Shown here piece after piece: positions 1 to 9,573 of a stretch of 64,000 nucleotides of DNA. The first letter of the stretch is position 1. The number at the start of each line of letters is the position of its first letter. Both the position numbers and the translations under genes were made by a program. The stretch lies in assembly GCF_051105105.1 (NCBI RefSeq), contig NZ_CP185339.1, one strand, 5' to 3'. The notes under the pieces were generated by a model, which was given only the letters and a program-made list of their open reading frames with translations, was not told the DNA's origin and searched no databases. Source of the stretch: Nannocystis pusilla (GTDB lineage: Bacteria > Myxococcota_A > Polyangia > Nannocystales > Nannocystaceae).

Positions 1-1
1 T

Positions 2-1162
2 CCGATCCCGGCCGTACCTGGCCTTTCGGTCATGTCGAGCGATCTACCGGCGGTCGAGCTGGTGGCGAGCGACACGGTGGTGGTGTTCGACAACTTCTCG
101 AACCGCGTGCGCGTGCTGGCGACCGCGTGCGCCGAGAGCGAGGGCGGGGCGGAGGCGGCGGAGGCGGCCGCGCGGGCCCGCGTCGACGCGGTGGCGCGGG
201 CGCTGCACGGGCCCTCGGTGCTGGGGCCGCGGCGGGTGCCCGACGTCGCGCCGCCGGCGACCGAGGTGGCGGCGCCGTGGTCGCGCGAGAAGTACCGGGC
301 GTCGATCGCGGCCGCGCGCGAGCACATCATGGCCGGCGACATCTTCCAGGTCGTGCTGTCGCAGCGGTTCGTGAGCCGGCGCGACGGGATCGACCTTCTC
401 GACGTCTACCGCATGTTGCGGGTCGGCAACCCGGCGCCCTACATGTACCTGTTCGACCTGCCGGCGGCGGCGCTCACGGGCGCGTCGCCGGAGGTGCTGG
501 TCCGCTGCGATCGCGACGCGCTGGCGCCGGCGGTGACGGGGGCCTCGAGCAGCGAGGCGGCCCCGCAGTCGGGCCTGCGCGTCACCGTGCGGCCGATCGC
601 GGGCACGCGGCCGCGCGGGCGCGACGCGGTCGAGGACGAGGCGCTGGCCAGCGAGCTGCTGGCCGATCCGAAGGAGCGCGCCGAGCACCTCATGCTGGTC
701 GACCTCGGGCGCAACGACCTCGGGCGCGTCAGCGTGGCCGGCAGCGTGCGGGTGTCGGAGTCGTTCTCGATCGAGCGCTACAGCCGGGTGATGCACATCG
801 TCAGCGAGGTGCAGGGCGAGCTGCGGCCGGAGCTGACGGCGCTCGACGCCCTGCGCGCGACGTTCCCGGCCGGGACGCTGAGCGGGGCGCCGAAGATCCG
901 CGCGCTGCAGATCATCGACGCGCTCGAGCCGGCGCCGCGCGGCTGGTACGGCGGCGCGGTCGGCTACCTCGGCTACGACGGCGCGGCCGACTTCGCCATC
1001 TGCATCCGCTCGCTGGTCGCCGTCGGCGAGGAGTTCCGGGTCCAGGCCGGCGCGGGGGTCGTGTACGACTCGTCGCCGGAGGGCGAGGACAACGAGTGCC
1101 ACGTCAAGGCGAGCGCGGTGCTGCGCGCGATCGCGGCGGCGGCCGAAGGAGGTGCTGCGTGA
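2..1162 (+). CDS. trpE: Anthranilate synthase component I, N-terminally truncated by the window edge
   Basis: Translation shows chorismate-binding-enzyme motifs (VRPIAGTRPRG, LMLVDLGRNDLGRV, GAVGYLGYDG, PKIRA). The reading frame is open to base 2, so the start lies upstream of the window. Confidence 0.9.
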   Translation, partial: PIPAVPGLSVMSSDLPAVELVASDTVVVFDNFSNRVRVLATACAESEGGAEAAEAAARARVDAVARALHGPSVLGPRRVPDVAPPATEVAAPWSREKYRASIAAAREHIMAGDIFQVVLSQRFVSRRDGIDLLDVYRMLRVGNPAPYMYLFDLPAAALTGASPEVLVRCDRDALAPAVTGASSSEAAPQSGLRVTVRPIAGTRPRGRDAVEDEALASELLADPKERAEHLMLVDLGRNDLGRVSVAGSVRVSESFSIERYSRVMHIVSEVQGELRPELTALDALRATFPAGTLSGAPKIRALQIIDALEPAPRGWYGGAVGYLGYDGAADFAICIRSLVAVGEEFRVQAGAGVVYDSSPEGEDNECHVKASAVLRAIAAAAEGGAA

Positions 1163-1866
1163 GCGCGAACGACAACCCCGCGGTCACGGCCGTCGACGCG
1201 GCCCCGCCGCTGCCGGGCGGCCAGCGCCTAAGGCCCGCCGGCGCGACGCGGCCCGGCTGCCGCGTGCTGGTGATCGACAACTACGACTCGTTCACCTTCA
1301 ACCTGGTGCAGTACCTGCTGCAGCTCGGGGCGGTGGTCGACGTCCACCGCAACGACGCGGTCAAGCTCGAGCAGGTGCTGGCCGACGCGCCGAGTCACAT
1401 CGTCCTGTCCCCGGGGCCAGGTACGCCGGCCGAGAGCGGGGTGTGCCAGGACCTGTGCCGCCGGCTGGCCGAGGCCGACGCGCCGGCGATCCCGGTGCTC
1501 GGGGTGTGCCTCGGCCACCAGACGCTGTGCGAGGTGCTGGGCGCGCGGGTCGAGCGGGCCGGGCGGATCATGCACGGCAAGCTGTCGCCGATGCTGCACG
1601 ACGCCACCGGGGTGTTCGCCGGCCTGCCGTCGCCGTTCATGGCCACGCGCTACCACAGCCTGGTCGCGGTCGAGAGCACGCTGCCGGCGTCGCTGATCCC
1701 CAACGCGCGCACCGACGCCGGCGAGCTGATGGGCGTACGCCACGCGACGCGGCCGCTGCACGGGGTCCAGTTCCACCCCGAGTCGGTGCTCAGCGAGCAC
1801 GGCCACGCGATGCTGCGCACCTTCCTCGAGATGCCTGCCCCTTCGAACATGGCGGTGACGACATGA
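1159..1866 (+). CDS. trpG: Anthranilate synthase component II (glutamine amidotransferase)
   Basis: Class I GATase motifs: VLVIDNYDSFTFNLVQYL, GVCLGHQ (catalytic Cys) and HPES. The GTG start overlaps the trpE stop as GTGA. Confidence 0.85.
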   Translation: MSANDNPAVTAVDAAPPLPGGQRLRPAGATRPGCRVLVIDNYDSFTFNLVQYLLQLGAVVDVHRNDAVKLEQVLADAPSHIVLSPGPGTPAESGVCQDLCRRLAEADAPAIPVLGVCLGHQTLCEVLGARVERAGRIMHGKLSPMLHDATGVFAGLPSPFMATRYHSLVAVESTLPASLIPNARTDAGELMGVRHATRPLHGVQFHPESVLSEHGHAMLRTFLEMPAPSNMAVTT

Positions 1867-2930
1867 CTGAAGGGACAGCCGACGGGGCGCTGCGGCGCGG
1901 GCTGGCCCGGCTGGTCCGCGGCGAGGCGTTGGACGAGGCCGAGGCGCTGGCGATCTTCCGCGAGATCGTGGCCGGGGCGGCCGACCCGGCGCAGATCGGC
2001 GGGCTCCTGGTCGCGCTGGCGATCCGCGGCGAGACGGCGCCGGTGATCGCGGGCGCGGTGCGGGCGATGCGAGAGGCGGTGGTGCCGGTGCCGCTGCGCG
2101 AGCCCGGGGCGATCGACACCTGCGGGACCGGCGGCAGCGGGGTGGCCCGGCGCAACGTGTCGACGGCGGTGGCGATCGCGGCGGCGGCCTGCGGGGCGCG
2201 GGTGGCCAAGCACGGCAACCGCGGGATTTCGAGCCCGTGCGGCTCGGCCGACGTGCTGGCCGCGCTCGGCGTCGACATCACGGCGCCGCCCGAGCGCGTC
2301 GGCCAGTGCGTCGACGAGGTCGGCGTCGGCTTCATGTTCGCGCCCAGCCTGCACCCGGCGATGCGCCACGCGGCCGGCCCGCGCAAGGCGCTCGGGCTGC
2401 GCACGCTGTTCAACCTGGTCGGGCCGATGTGCAACCCCGCAGGGGTGCGCCGGCAGGTGATCGGCGTGTTCGACCCGGGCAAGGTCGAGGCGATGGCGGC
2501 GGCCCTGGGCGCCCTCGGCAGCGAGCGCGTGTTCGTGGTCCACGGCTTCTTCGCCGGCGCGGACCGGCCCGGGATCGACGACCTCAGCCCCGAAGGTCCG
2601 AGCACGGTCGCCGAGTGGCACCGCGGCGCGCTGCGCACGTACACGCTGCGCCCGGCCGACGCCGAGCTGCCGGAGGTGCCGATCGCGGCGATCGCCGGCG
2701 ACGACGCGGCCGGCAACGCGAGCGCGCTGCGGGCCGTCCTGGCCGGCGAGCCGGGGGCCTACCGTACAAGTGTGCAGTACAGCGGGGCGCTGGCCCTGCT
2801 GGCGGCCGGGGACGACGGCATCGAGACGCTGCCGGTCAAGGCGCGGGCGATCGGCGCCGCGCTCGAAGACGGCCGGGCCGCGGCGGTGCTCGACCGGCTC
2901 GTCGCCGCCAGCCGCGCTGCGCTACCCTGA
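1863..2930 (+). CDS. trpD: Anthranilate phosphoribosyltransferase
   Basis: DTCGTGGSG loop, KHGNRGISS and NLVGPMCNPAG motifs. The ATG overlaps the trpG stop as ATGA. Confidence 0.9.
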   Translation: MTEGTADGALRRGLARLVRGEALDEAEALAIFREIVAGAADPAQIGGLLVALAIRGETAPVIAGAVRAMREAVVPVPLREPGAIDTCGTGGSGVARRNVSTAVAIAAAACGARVAKHGNRGISSPCGSADVLAALGVDITAPPERVGQCVDEVGVGFMFAPSLHPAMRHAAGPRKALGLRTLFNLVGPMCNPAGVRRQVIGVFDPGKVEAMAAALGALGSERVFVVHGFFAGADRPGIDDLSPEGPSTVAEWHRGALRTYTLRPADAELPEVPIAAIAGDDAAGNASALRAVLAGEPGAYRTSVQYSGALALLAAGDDGIETLPVKARAIGAALEDGRAAAVLDRLVAASRAALP

Positions 2931-2939
2931 GGGCAGGAC

Positions 2940-3746
2940 ATGAGCGACAAAGGCAGCACGTACCTCGACAAGATCCTGGCCGCCAAGCGGGCCGAGCTCG
3001 CCGCCCCCCGGGCGACCCGCTCGGGAGCGCTGACCGACCGCGAGCTGATCGAGCTCGGCGCCCGCCTGCCGCGCCCGCGCGACTTCATCGGCGCGCTGCG
3101 CGAGGGCCCGCGCCCGGGGATCATCGCCGAGTTCAAGCGCGCCTCGCCCAGCGCCGGCGTCCTCCGCGAAGGCGCCGATGCGCGCCAGATCGCGATGCTG
3201 TACGCGGCCGGCGGCGCGACCTGCATGAGCGTGCTGTGCGACCGGCACTTCCAGGGCTCGCTCGAAGACCTCCGGACGGTGCGCCAGAGCGTGGCGCTGC
3301 CGCTCCTGGCCAAGGACTTCATCCTCGAGAAGACCCAGATCGTCGAGGCCAAGCGGGTCGGGGCCGACTGCGTCCTGCTGATCGTCGCCGCCCTGCCGGC
3401 GCCGCAGCTGCGCAACTTGATCGAGTTCTCCCACACGCTCGAGATGCAGGTGCTGTGCGAGACCCGCGACGAGGCGGAGATCGATCGCGCCATGGCAGCC
3501 GGCGCGAAGCTCATCGGGGTCAACTCGCGCGACCTGCAGACGTTCGAGCTCGACCCCGATCGCGCGGCCAAGCTGCGCAAGTACGTGCCCAAGAGCTTCA
3601 CGTACGTGGCCGAGAGCGGGGTCCGGACCATCGACGACGCGCTCCGCCTGCGCGACTCGGGCGCCGACGCGCTGCTGATCGGCAGCTACTTCATGACGGC
3701 CGACCAGCCGGGCGAGGCGCTGCGCGACCTGGTGATGGCGCTGTGA
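2940..3746 (+). CDS. trpC: Indole-3-glycerol phosphate synthase
   Basis: 268 aa ORF with IIAEFKRASPS, LAKDFI and CETRDEAE-type (IGPS) motifs. Confidence 0.9.
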   Translation: MSDKGSTYLDKILAAKRAELAAPRATRSGALTDRELIELGARLPRPRDFIGALREGPRPGIIAEFKRASPSAGVLREGADARQIAMLYAAGGATCMSVLCDRHFQGSLEDLRTVRQSVALPLLAKDFILEKTQIVEAKRVGADCVLLIVAALPAPQLRNLIEFSHTLEMQVLCETRDEAEIDRAMAAGAKLIGVNSRDLQTFELDPDRAAKLRKYVPKSFTYVAESGVRTIDDALRLRDSGADALLIGSYFMTADQPGEALRDLVMAL

Positions 3747-3807
3747 GGCCGGCCGGTGCGCCGGGGCGAGCCGAGCGCGCGAGCGAGGTCGCGTGGGGCC
3801 TGGCTTT

Positions 3808-3832
3808 CAGGACATGTTTCTCTGGACAGGGT
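3808..3832. repeat. GGACATGT / GGACAGG palindromic repeat pair between trpC and trpF
   Basis: The sequence caggacatgtttctctggacaggg belongs to the dispersed GGACATGTCC family, with a 14-bp half-site spacing. Confidence 0.6.
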
Positions 3833-3855
3833 GAGATAGACAGGTCGGTGCGCGC

Positions 3856-4485
3856 ATGGCGGTGAAGCTCAAGGTGTGCGGGGTGACCCGCGCCGAGGAC
3901 CTGGCGGCCTGCGTCGAGCTGGGGGTCGACGCGGTCGGGATCAACCTGTGGAGCGGGTCGCGCCGCGGGCTGTCGCTGACCGAGGCCGAGGCGCTGCTGC
4001 GCGCGGTCGATCCGCCGCGCTCGCTCGAGCGCGTGGGGGTGTTCGTCGAGCCGTCGGCCGACGAGGTCCGCCGCGCGGCCGAGGCGCTGGCCCTCGACCT
4101 CGTGCAGATCGTCGGCGCCGAAGAGGTGACGGGCTACGGGCTGCCGTACCTGTGGGTGGTCCGCGGCACGCCTGCCCTGGCCGAGCTGCTGCCGCCGACG
4201 CCCCGACCGGCCCGCGCGCTGCTCGACGCGGCGGTGCCCGGCTACGGCGGGGCGGGGCAGACGACCGACTGGGCGTGGGCGGCGGCGGCGGTGCAGCAGC
4301 TCGCGGGGCTCGAGGTGTGGCTGGCCGGCGGGATCACGCCCGCCAACGCGGCGCAGGCGATCGCGCAGGTCCGCCCGGCCGGGCTCGACGTCGCCAGCGG
4401 GACGGAGTTACCGGGGGCGCGCCGCGGGGAGAAGGACCGCGCGGCCATCGAGGCGCTGCTGGCGGCCTGTCGCGCGGCCACGTGA
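3856..4485 (+). CDS. trpF: Phosphoribosylanthranilate isomerase
   Basis: 209 aa. Starts with the LKVCGVT motif typical of PRAI, has a TIM-barrel-like composition and follows trpC. Confidence 0.85.
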   Translation: MAVKLKVCGVTRAEDLAACVELGVDAVGINLWSGSRRGLSLTEAEALLRAVDPPRSLERVGVFVEPSADEVRRAAEALALDLVQIVGAEEVTGYGLPYLWVVRGTPALAELLPPTPRPARALLDAAVPGYGGAGQTTDWAWAAAAVQQLAGLEVWLAGGITPANAAQAIAQVRPAGLDVASGTELPGARRGEKDRAAIEALLAACRAAT

Positions 4486-4491
4486 ACGATC

Positions 4492-4573
4492 GGGCATGCT
4501 CGAAAGAGCATGTCCATCGGAGCATGTTTAATGAGGCATGCCTGGACGGGCATGCCCGATCGCGCATGTCCTG
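4492..4573. repeat. Tandem array of six 14-bp units with a CATG core (RRGCATGYYYnnnn)
   Basis: CATG cores at 4495, 4509, 4523, 4537, 4551 and 4565 are exactly 14 bp apart. The array lies in the intergenic space after the trpF stop. Confidence 0.85.
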
Positions 4574-4773
4574 AGTCGTGAGGCCGCCGGGCGCCCGAGC
4601 GCCTCTCGGTGCGGCACGCGAGCGCGACGCATGAGCGGTCGACGGGCGAGCGGCTGAGCAGAAAAACAGGCGAGGAGCAGTCGGTGAGCGGGCGAGCGCG
4701 GAGGTGGCTGCCTCGCTGCGCACGGGCCCTCGCGCGCGAGACGAGCGTCGGCGGTCCGGGTTATGCTCGCCGG

Positions 4774-6028
4774 GTGACGAGCGTCTCGCGGCCGGTGGCG
4801 GCGGCGGCTCCGTGGGCGGAGTCGATGTTCTCGTTCGGGGTCACCGGCACCAACGGCAAGACGTTCGACGACGTGGATGCTGGCGGCGGCGGTGCGGGCG
4901 GCCGGGCTGTCGGTGCTGCGGGTGTCGACGCTCGGGGTCGCGTTCGACGACGAGGCGTGGCCGCGCGGCAAGCGGTTCACCGATTTCGTCGCCACGCTGG
5001 CGCGAGCGCACGAGCGCGGGGCGAGGCACGCGGTGATCGAGACGACCAGCCACGCCTTGGCGCAGGGCTACGCGCGCAGCTGGCGGTTCGACCTGGGGGT
5101 GTTCACCAACCTGTCGGTCGACCACTTCGGCACGCACGGCAGCTGGGAGCACTATCTGGCGGCCAAGGCCCAGCTGTTCATGCACCTGGGGCCCGGGCGC
5201 GCGGCGGTGCTCAACGCGGCCGACAAGCACGCGCTGTTCGTCGACCAGGCGATCCCCGCCGACGTGGAGCGGCGGTGGTTCGCGGCGCCGGGTCGTGGAC
5301 CGCGGCTGCGCGCGGCGGACCTCGAGGCCGAGACGATCGAGGTCGAGGCGACCGGGACGCGCGTGGTGCTGCGCCCGTCGCCGGCCGCGACGGCGCTCGG
5401 CGGGGCGCTCTTTACGAGGATGGTCGGCGAGGTGTTCGCCGAGAACGCGCTGGCGGCCGCGCTCGCGGGGCTCGCGGCCGGGCTGCCCGGCGAGGCGGTG
5501 GCACGCGGGCTCGCCGAGTGCCCGATCGTGCCGGGGCGCTTCGAGGTGCTGGCCCACGCGCCCGGCGGGCCGACGATCGCGGTCGACTACGCGCACTCGC
5601 CCGACGCGCTGACGCACACGTGCGCGACGGCGCGGCGGCTCGCGGGGCCGCAGGGACGGGTGCTCGTGGTGTTCGGCGCCGGCGGCAACTCGACCCCGGA
5701 GAAGCGCGCGCCGATGGGCGCGGCAGTCGGCGCGCTGGCCGACGTGGCGCTGGTGACGAGCGACAACCCGCGCGACGAGGCGCCCGAGGCGATCGCGGCG
5801 GCGGTGGTGGAAGGGCTGCAGGGCGGTCGCGCGGGCTGGTCGATCGTGCTCGACCGCGGGCAGGCGATCGCGGAGGCGGTCGCGGCGGCCGGAGCCGGCG
5901 ACGTGGTGGTGATCGCCGGCAAGGGCCACGAGGAGGGCCAGACGGCGCGCGGGCAGACGCGGCCGTTCTCCGACGTCGCTGAGGTGCGGCGGCTCGTCGG
6001 CGGTTGGGATGTGCCTGTAGGGACATGA
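4774..6028 (+). CDS. Mur ligase family protein (MurE/MurF-like central and C-terminal domains) with an apparent +1 frameshift near 4864; N-terminal domain absent
   Basis: The P-loop GVTGTNGKT (about 4840-4866) is in frame 1. The continuation MLAAAVRAAG..., DYAHSPDAL, VFGAGGNS..KRAPMG, SDNPRDE and AGKGHE are in frame 2 from 4877. Removing one base in acgttcgac restores KTSTTWMLAA. Only about 20 aa precede the P-loop, and the start (GTG 4774 or ATG 4825) is uncertain. Confidence 0.6.
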
Positions 6029-6187
6029 CCGAGAGGTCATGCCGCCGGGGCGGCTCGTGCGCGCAGGTCCTCATGGCCATCCGACCGTGGAGCTCGTCGA
6101 ACGCGGCGCAATTCGAGGGCGCCCGCGCATGTCCCCTGCGGTGGGGCGGCGGCGGTCCTTCCGCTGCAGGCGACCGCGCGCGGCGTG

Positions 6188-6215
6188 GACATGTCCTTTC
6201 GGGCATGTCCATGCG
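6188..6215. repeat. GGACATGTCC repeat pair downstream of the LDLa lipoprotein stop
   Basis: The sequence ggacatgtcctttcgggcatgtcc has two cores 14 bp apart. Confidence 0.7.
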
Positions 6216-6221
6216 GTCATC

Positions 6222-6834
6222 TCAGCAGTCGGCCTCGTCGGAGCCGTCGGGGCAGTCGTCGGCCGTGTCGCACTTCCAGGTCGCCGGGATCTCGGTGCCG
6301 TTGGTGCAGACGAAGGCCTCGAGGCCACAGCCGGTGACCTCGTCGGAGTTGTCGAGGCAGTCGGGGACCTCGTCGCAGGCCCAGGTCGCGGGGATCTCCT
6401 TCTTGTCGGTGCAGGTGAAGGCCTCGAGGCCGCAGCCGCTGACCTCGTCGGAGCCGTCGGGACAGTCCGGGTTCTCGTCGCAGACCCACGCGGGGTTCTT
6501 CGAGCGCGGTGCCGTCGCTGCAGACGAAGCCGTCGCCGGTGGTGTCCGCGGTGGCCTCGGTGGTGCCCGCGGTGGCCTCGGTGGTGCTGGTCGGGGCCTC
6601 GGTGGTCGTCGGCGCGCTGGTGCCGGTGTCGGTCTCGGTGCCGTCGGTCGTCTCGCCCGCCGTGCCGGTGGTGGTCGTGTCGTCCGTGGTGCCGGCGGTG
6701 CTCGTGGTCGTGGTCGAGTCGGGGCCGATGTTGGTATCGGAGAGACCGCCGAGGTTGATCGTGCAGCCGGCTGTGGCCACGCCCTGGCTCATGAGGGCGG
6801 CGACGGACAAAAATTTGGCGAGGTCGATGTTCAT
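6222..6834 (-). CDS. Secreted lipoprotein with a Thr-rich linker and three LDL-receptor class A-like Cys repeats; frame disrupted near 6505
   Basis: Signal/lipobox MNIDLAKFLSVAALMSQGVATAGC, then a TTTTSTAGTT linker. The C-terminus, read in a second minus frame, gives GCGLEAFTCTDKKEIPATWACDEVPDCLDNSDEVTGCGLEAFVCTNGTEIPATWKCDTADDCPDGSDEADC-stop, which matches the LDLa pattern CxxxxFxCxxGxCIxxxWxCDGxxDCxDxSDE. The two parts sit in different frames. Confidence 0.6.
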
Positions 6835-6902
6835 CGTGCCGGCGAATGTGCCACGGGGCAGCGCGCAGGGGCGCGCGCGGCCCATGTCCCGGGGCGCGCG
6901 AT

Positions 6903-7403
6903 TCAGGTCGGTGCGAGGCGGACGGTGACCTCTGCGCTCGGGTCGAACGGCGAGCCCTTGACGTTGGCGATGCATTTGACGACCAGCCGCACCCGCGGAT
7001 CACGCGTGGCGGCGTTCGGATCGGGGAAGCCGTTGCGCGCGAGGATGCCGGCGAGGTCGACCTCGCTCACCATCCACGGCTGGGTGATGACCTGCCCGGG
7101 CTTGAGGTCGCACGGCATCTTGAGGCAGCTGTCCGAATAGCTGACGTTCGGATCGGGATCCTTCTCGGCGCGCGCGAGGTTCGGCGAGTCGATGTCGTCC
7201 TTCTTGATGTACAGCCACACCTCGTACTTGGTCGCCAGCAAGGTGCACTCCTGCTGCGCGGTGATCACCATCGTGCCCTTGAGGACCGAGTCGGTGACCG
7301 GGAAGGTGGCGGTCTCCGCCGGTTGACGCTCGATGACCGTGATGGCGACGCTCGCCATGTTCTTGCCGCCGAGGAACTGCTTGGCCTTGTCGAAGAATCC
7401 CAT
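6903..7403 (-). CDS. Hypothetical protein (166 aa), weakly SpoOM-like
   Basis: Clean ORF MGFFDKAKQFLGG... with lower GC than its neighbours. No confident family assignment. Confidence 0.5.
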   Translation of the reverse strand: MGFFDKAKQFLGGKNMASVAITVIERQPAETATFPVTDSVLKGTMVITAQQECTLLATKYEVWLYIKKDDIDSPNLARAEKDPDPNVSYSDSCLKMPCDLKPGQVITQPWMVSEVDLAGILARNGFPDPNAATRDPRVRLVVKCIANVKGSPFDPSAEVTVRLAPT

Positions 7404-7591
7404 GGCGACGAGAGGTACCACGTCGGTGCAGGGAGCGACGATTCCGCGCAGCGATCGGAGAGGTCTCGGACAGTCGGGATTCGTGTTGGTCGAGGCGGCC
7501 GTGGGCGACTCGCTCGGAGCCTGAGGACGGCCGCTTGTCGCGGTAATCGATGTTCCGCGGCGGCGGCCCACCTCGACCGACACGCATGATT

Positions 7592-8677
7592 TCAGCCGAG
7601 GCTGACGCGGACGGGCGGGGCGAAGGCCGGCGGGCGATCGCTGACTGCGGCGCCGTGCACTGCGGCCTGGTAGCGGTCCCCGAACATCGCGTAAGGGGTG
7701 GTGACGGGCGGCGTACTGGCCTCGTCGAGGCGGCGCAGGAGCTCGGGCGGGATCTGGAGGTCGAGCGCGCCGAGGTTGTCCTCGAGCTGCTCGGGCCGGG
7801 TGGCGCCGAGGATCACGGAGGTGACGCCCGGACGCGTGAGCACCCACTGCAGCGCGACCTGGGCCATGCTGCGCCCGAGCTCGCCGGCGACGGCCTCGAG
7901 CGCGCCGACGATCTGCCAGTTGCGCTCGGTGAAGAGGCTGAGCGACTTGCCCGTGCCAGTGCTGAGCCGGCCGCTGCCGCCGTCGCTGTTCGGGCGGTAC
8001 TTGCCCGACAGGAGGCCGCTGGCGAGCGGGCTCCAGGCGGTGATGCCCATGCCGAGGTTGGTGGCGAGCGAGGTGAACTCGGCCTCGATGCCGCGCTCGA
8101 TCAGGGAGTATTGCAATTGCAGGTTGACGATCGGCGCGAGGGCGTGAGCCTCGGCGTAAGTGTGGGCCCGCGCGGCGTACCAGGCGGGGACGTCGGACAG
8201 GCCGGCGTAGCGGATCTTGCCGGCGCGCACGAGGTCGTCGAAGGCGCGCACGACCTCCTCGGCGGGGGTGATCCGGTCCCAGGTGTGAAGCAGGTAGAGA
8301 TCGAGGTAGTCGGTCCGCAGGCGCTTCAGCGAGGCCTCGAGGGCGCGGATCATGTTCTTGCGGCCGTTGCCGCCGGCGTTGGGGTCGCGCTCGGCGAGGT
8401 TGTAGCTGTACTTGCTGGTGAGCACGAGGCGATCGCGGTTGCCGTCGGCGATGAACTCGCCGAGCAGCGACTCGCTGGTGCCGCGGGTGTACAGATCGGC
8501 GGTGTCGATGAAGTTGCCGCCGGCCGCGACGTAGCGATCGAACACGGCGCGCGCGGCCTGCTTGCTCGAGCCCCAGGCGCCGTACGGGCCGTCGGTGCCG
8601 AAGGTCAAGGTGCCGAGCGCGAACGGGCTGACGCGCAGGCCGGAGCGGCCGAGCAGGTAGTACTGATCGAGAGACAT
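7592..8677 (-). CDS. Aldo/keto reductase family oxidoreductase
   Basis: 361 aa with AKR motifs: FIDTADLY, GLSDVP and IVNLQLQYSLIER-like segments. Confidence 0.85.
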   Translation of the reverse strand: MSLDQYYLLGRSGLRVSPFALGTLTFGTDGPYGAWGSSKQAARAVFDRYVAAGGNFIDTADLYTRGTSESLLGEFIADGNRDRLVLTSKYSYNLAERDPNAGGNGRKNMIRALEASLKRLRTDYLDLYLLHTWDRITPAEEVVRAFDDLVRAGKIRYAGLSDVPAWYAARAHTYAEAHALAPIVNLQLQYSLIERGIEAEFTSLATNLGMGITAWSPLASGLLSGKYRPNSDGGSGRLSTGTGKSLSLFTERNWQIVGALEAVAGELGRSMAQVALQWVLTRPGVTSVILGATRPEQLEDNLGALDLQIPPELLRRLDEASTPPVTTPYAMFGDRYQAAVHGAAVSDRPPAFAPPVRVSLG

Positions 8678-8692
8678 GACGAATCACTCCTG

Positions 8693-8951
8693 TCGACGAC
8701 GGCCGCCCGAAGCGGTGCGTCGCGGACTGTCACGATGGGTTGTGGACGAAGCAGTCGTCGACGGCCGCCACATGCGGTGCGTCGCCAACTATCACGAACG
8801 AAGGGTCGGGTACGATGAAGTCGACGACGGCCGCTCATGCGGTCCGCCGCGGGCTGCCATGAGCGGTGAGTCGTGAACGGTGCAGTCGACGACGGCCCGC
8901 TCATGCGATGAGTCGCAGGCTGCGTCGAGCGATATGTTGTGGACTATGCAG
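8693..8951. repeat. Four imperfect tandem copies of a 62-66 bp unit, each beginning GTCGACGACGGCCGC
   Basis: Units at 8693, 8755, 8821 and 8886 fill the whole space between the TetR stop and the AKR start. Confidence 0.75.
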
Positions 8952-9554
8952 TCAAGAACTCGCGGCGAGCGGCGGGCCCCGGAGGGCGGCGATGGCGAAG
9001 CCGGCGACGGCCCGCAGGGCCTCGGGCGTGGCGCCCGTGCGGGCGCTGACCCGCAGGCCCTGCAGGGTGGAGAGCAGGAAGCGGCCGGCGCTGCGCTCGT
9101 CGACGTGCGCGCCGACCTCGCCGCGGTGCTTGGCCTCGGCGACCATGCGCTCGAAGGCGGCCTCGCACAGGGCGGTGGCGCTGCGGGCCAGGGTCACGAC
9201 CTCGGGGTCGCGCCCGGCCATCTCGATGATCGACTGGATGCCGAAGCAGCCGCGCGAGCGCCCCTCGGCGGTGTCTCCGGCCACGCCGAGCAGGATGTCC
9301 TCGATCGCGCCCAGCGGCGAGGCGACCGCCCGCAGCCGCTCCAGCAGGTCGGCGCCCTGACGCGCCTGGTAGCGCTCCAGCGCCGCGAGGTAGAGGCCGT
9401 GCTTGTCGCCGAAAGCGGCGTACATGCTCTGGCGCCCGATCCCCATGGCCTGGAGGAGCTGCTCGGTCGAGGTGCCGTCGTAGCCGTGCTCCCAGAACAC
9501 GGCCATGGCCCGCTCGATGGCCTCGTCTCGGTCGAACTCGCGTGGCCGGGGCAT
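8952..9554 (-). CDS. TetR/AcrR family transcriptional regulator
   Basis: The N-terminal HTH segment TSTEQLLQAMGIGRQSMYAAFGDKHGLY is typical of TetR_N. 200 aa. Confidence 0.85.
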   Translation of the reverse strand: MPRPREFDRDEAIERAMAVFWEHGYDGTSTEQLLQAMGIGRQSMYAAFGDKHGLYLAALERYQARQGADLLERLRAVASPLGAIEDILLGVAGDTAEGRSRGCFGIQSIIEMAGRDPEVVTLARSATALCEAAFERMVAEAKHRGEVGAHVDERSAGRFLLSTLQGLRVSARTGATPEALRAVAGFAIAALRGPPLAASS

Positions 9555-9573
9555 GGAGGAAGGCTAAGCGTTC

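Noticed and set aside
127-3865. Long alternative-frame ORFs (127-1866 N-terminal part, 1650-2621 minus, 1790-2716 minus, 2237-3865 plus) overlapping the trp genes
   Set aside because: Translations are Arg/Gly/Pro/Ala-rich low-complexity strings typical of out-of-frame or antisense reading of 70% GC coding DNA. The conserved trp proteins occupy the other frames.
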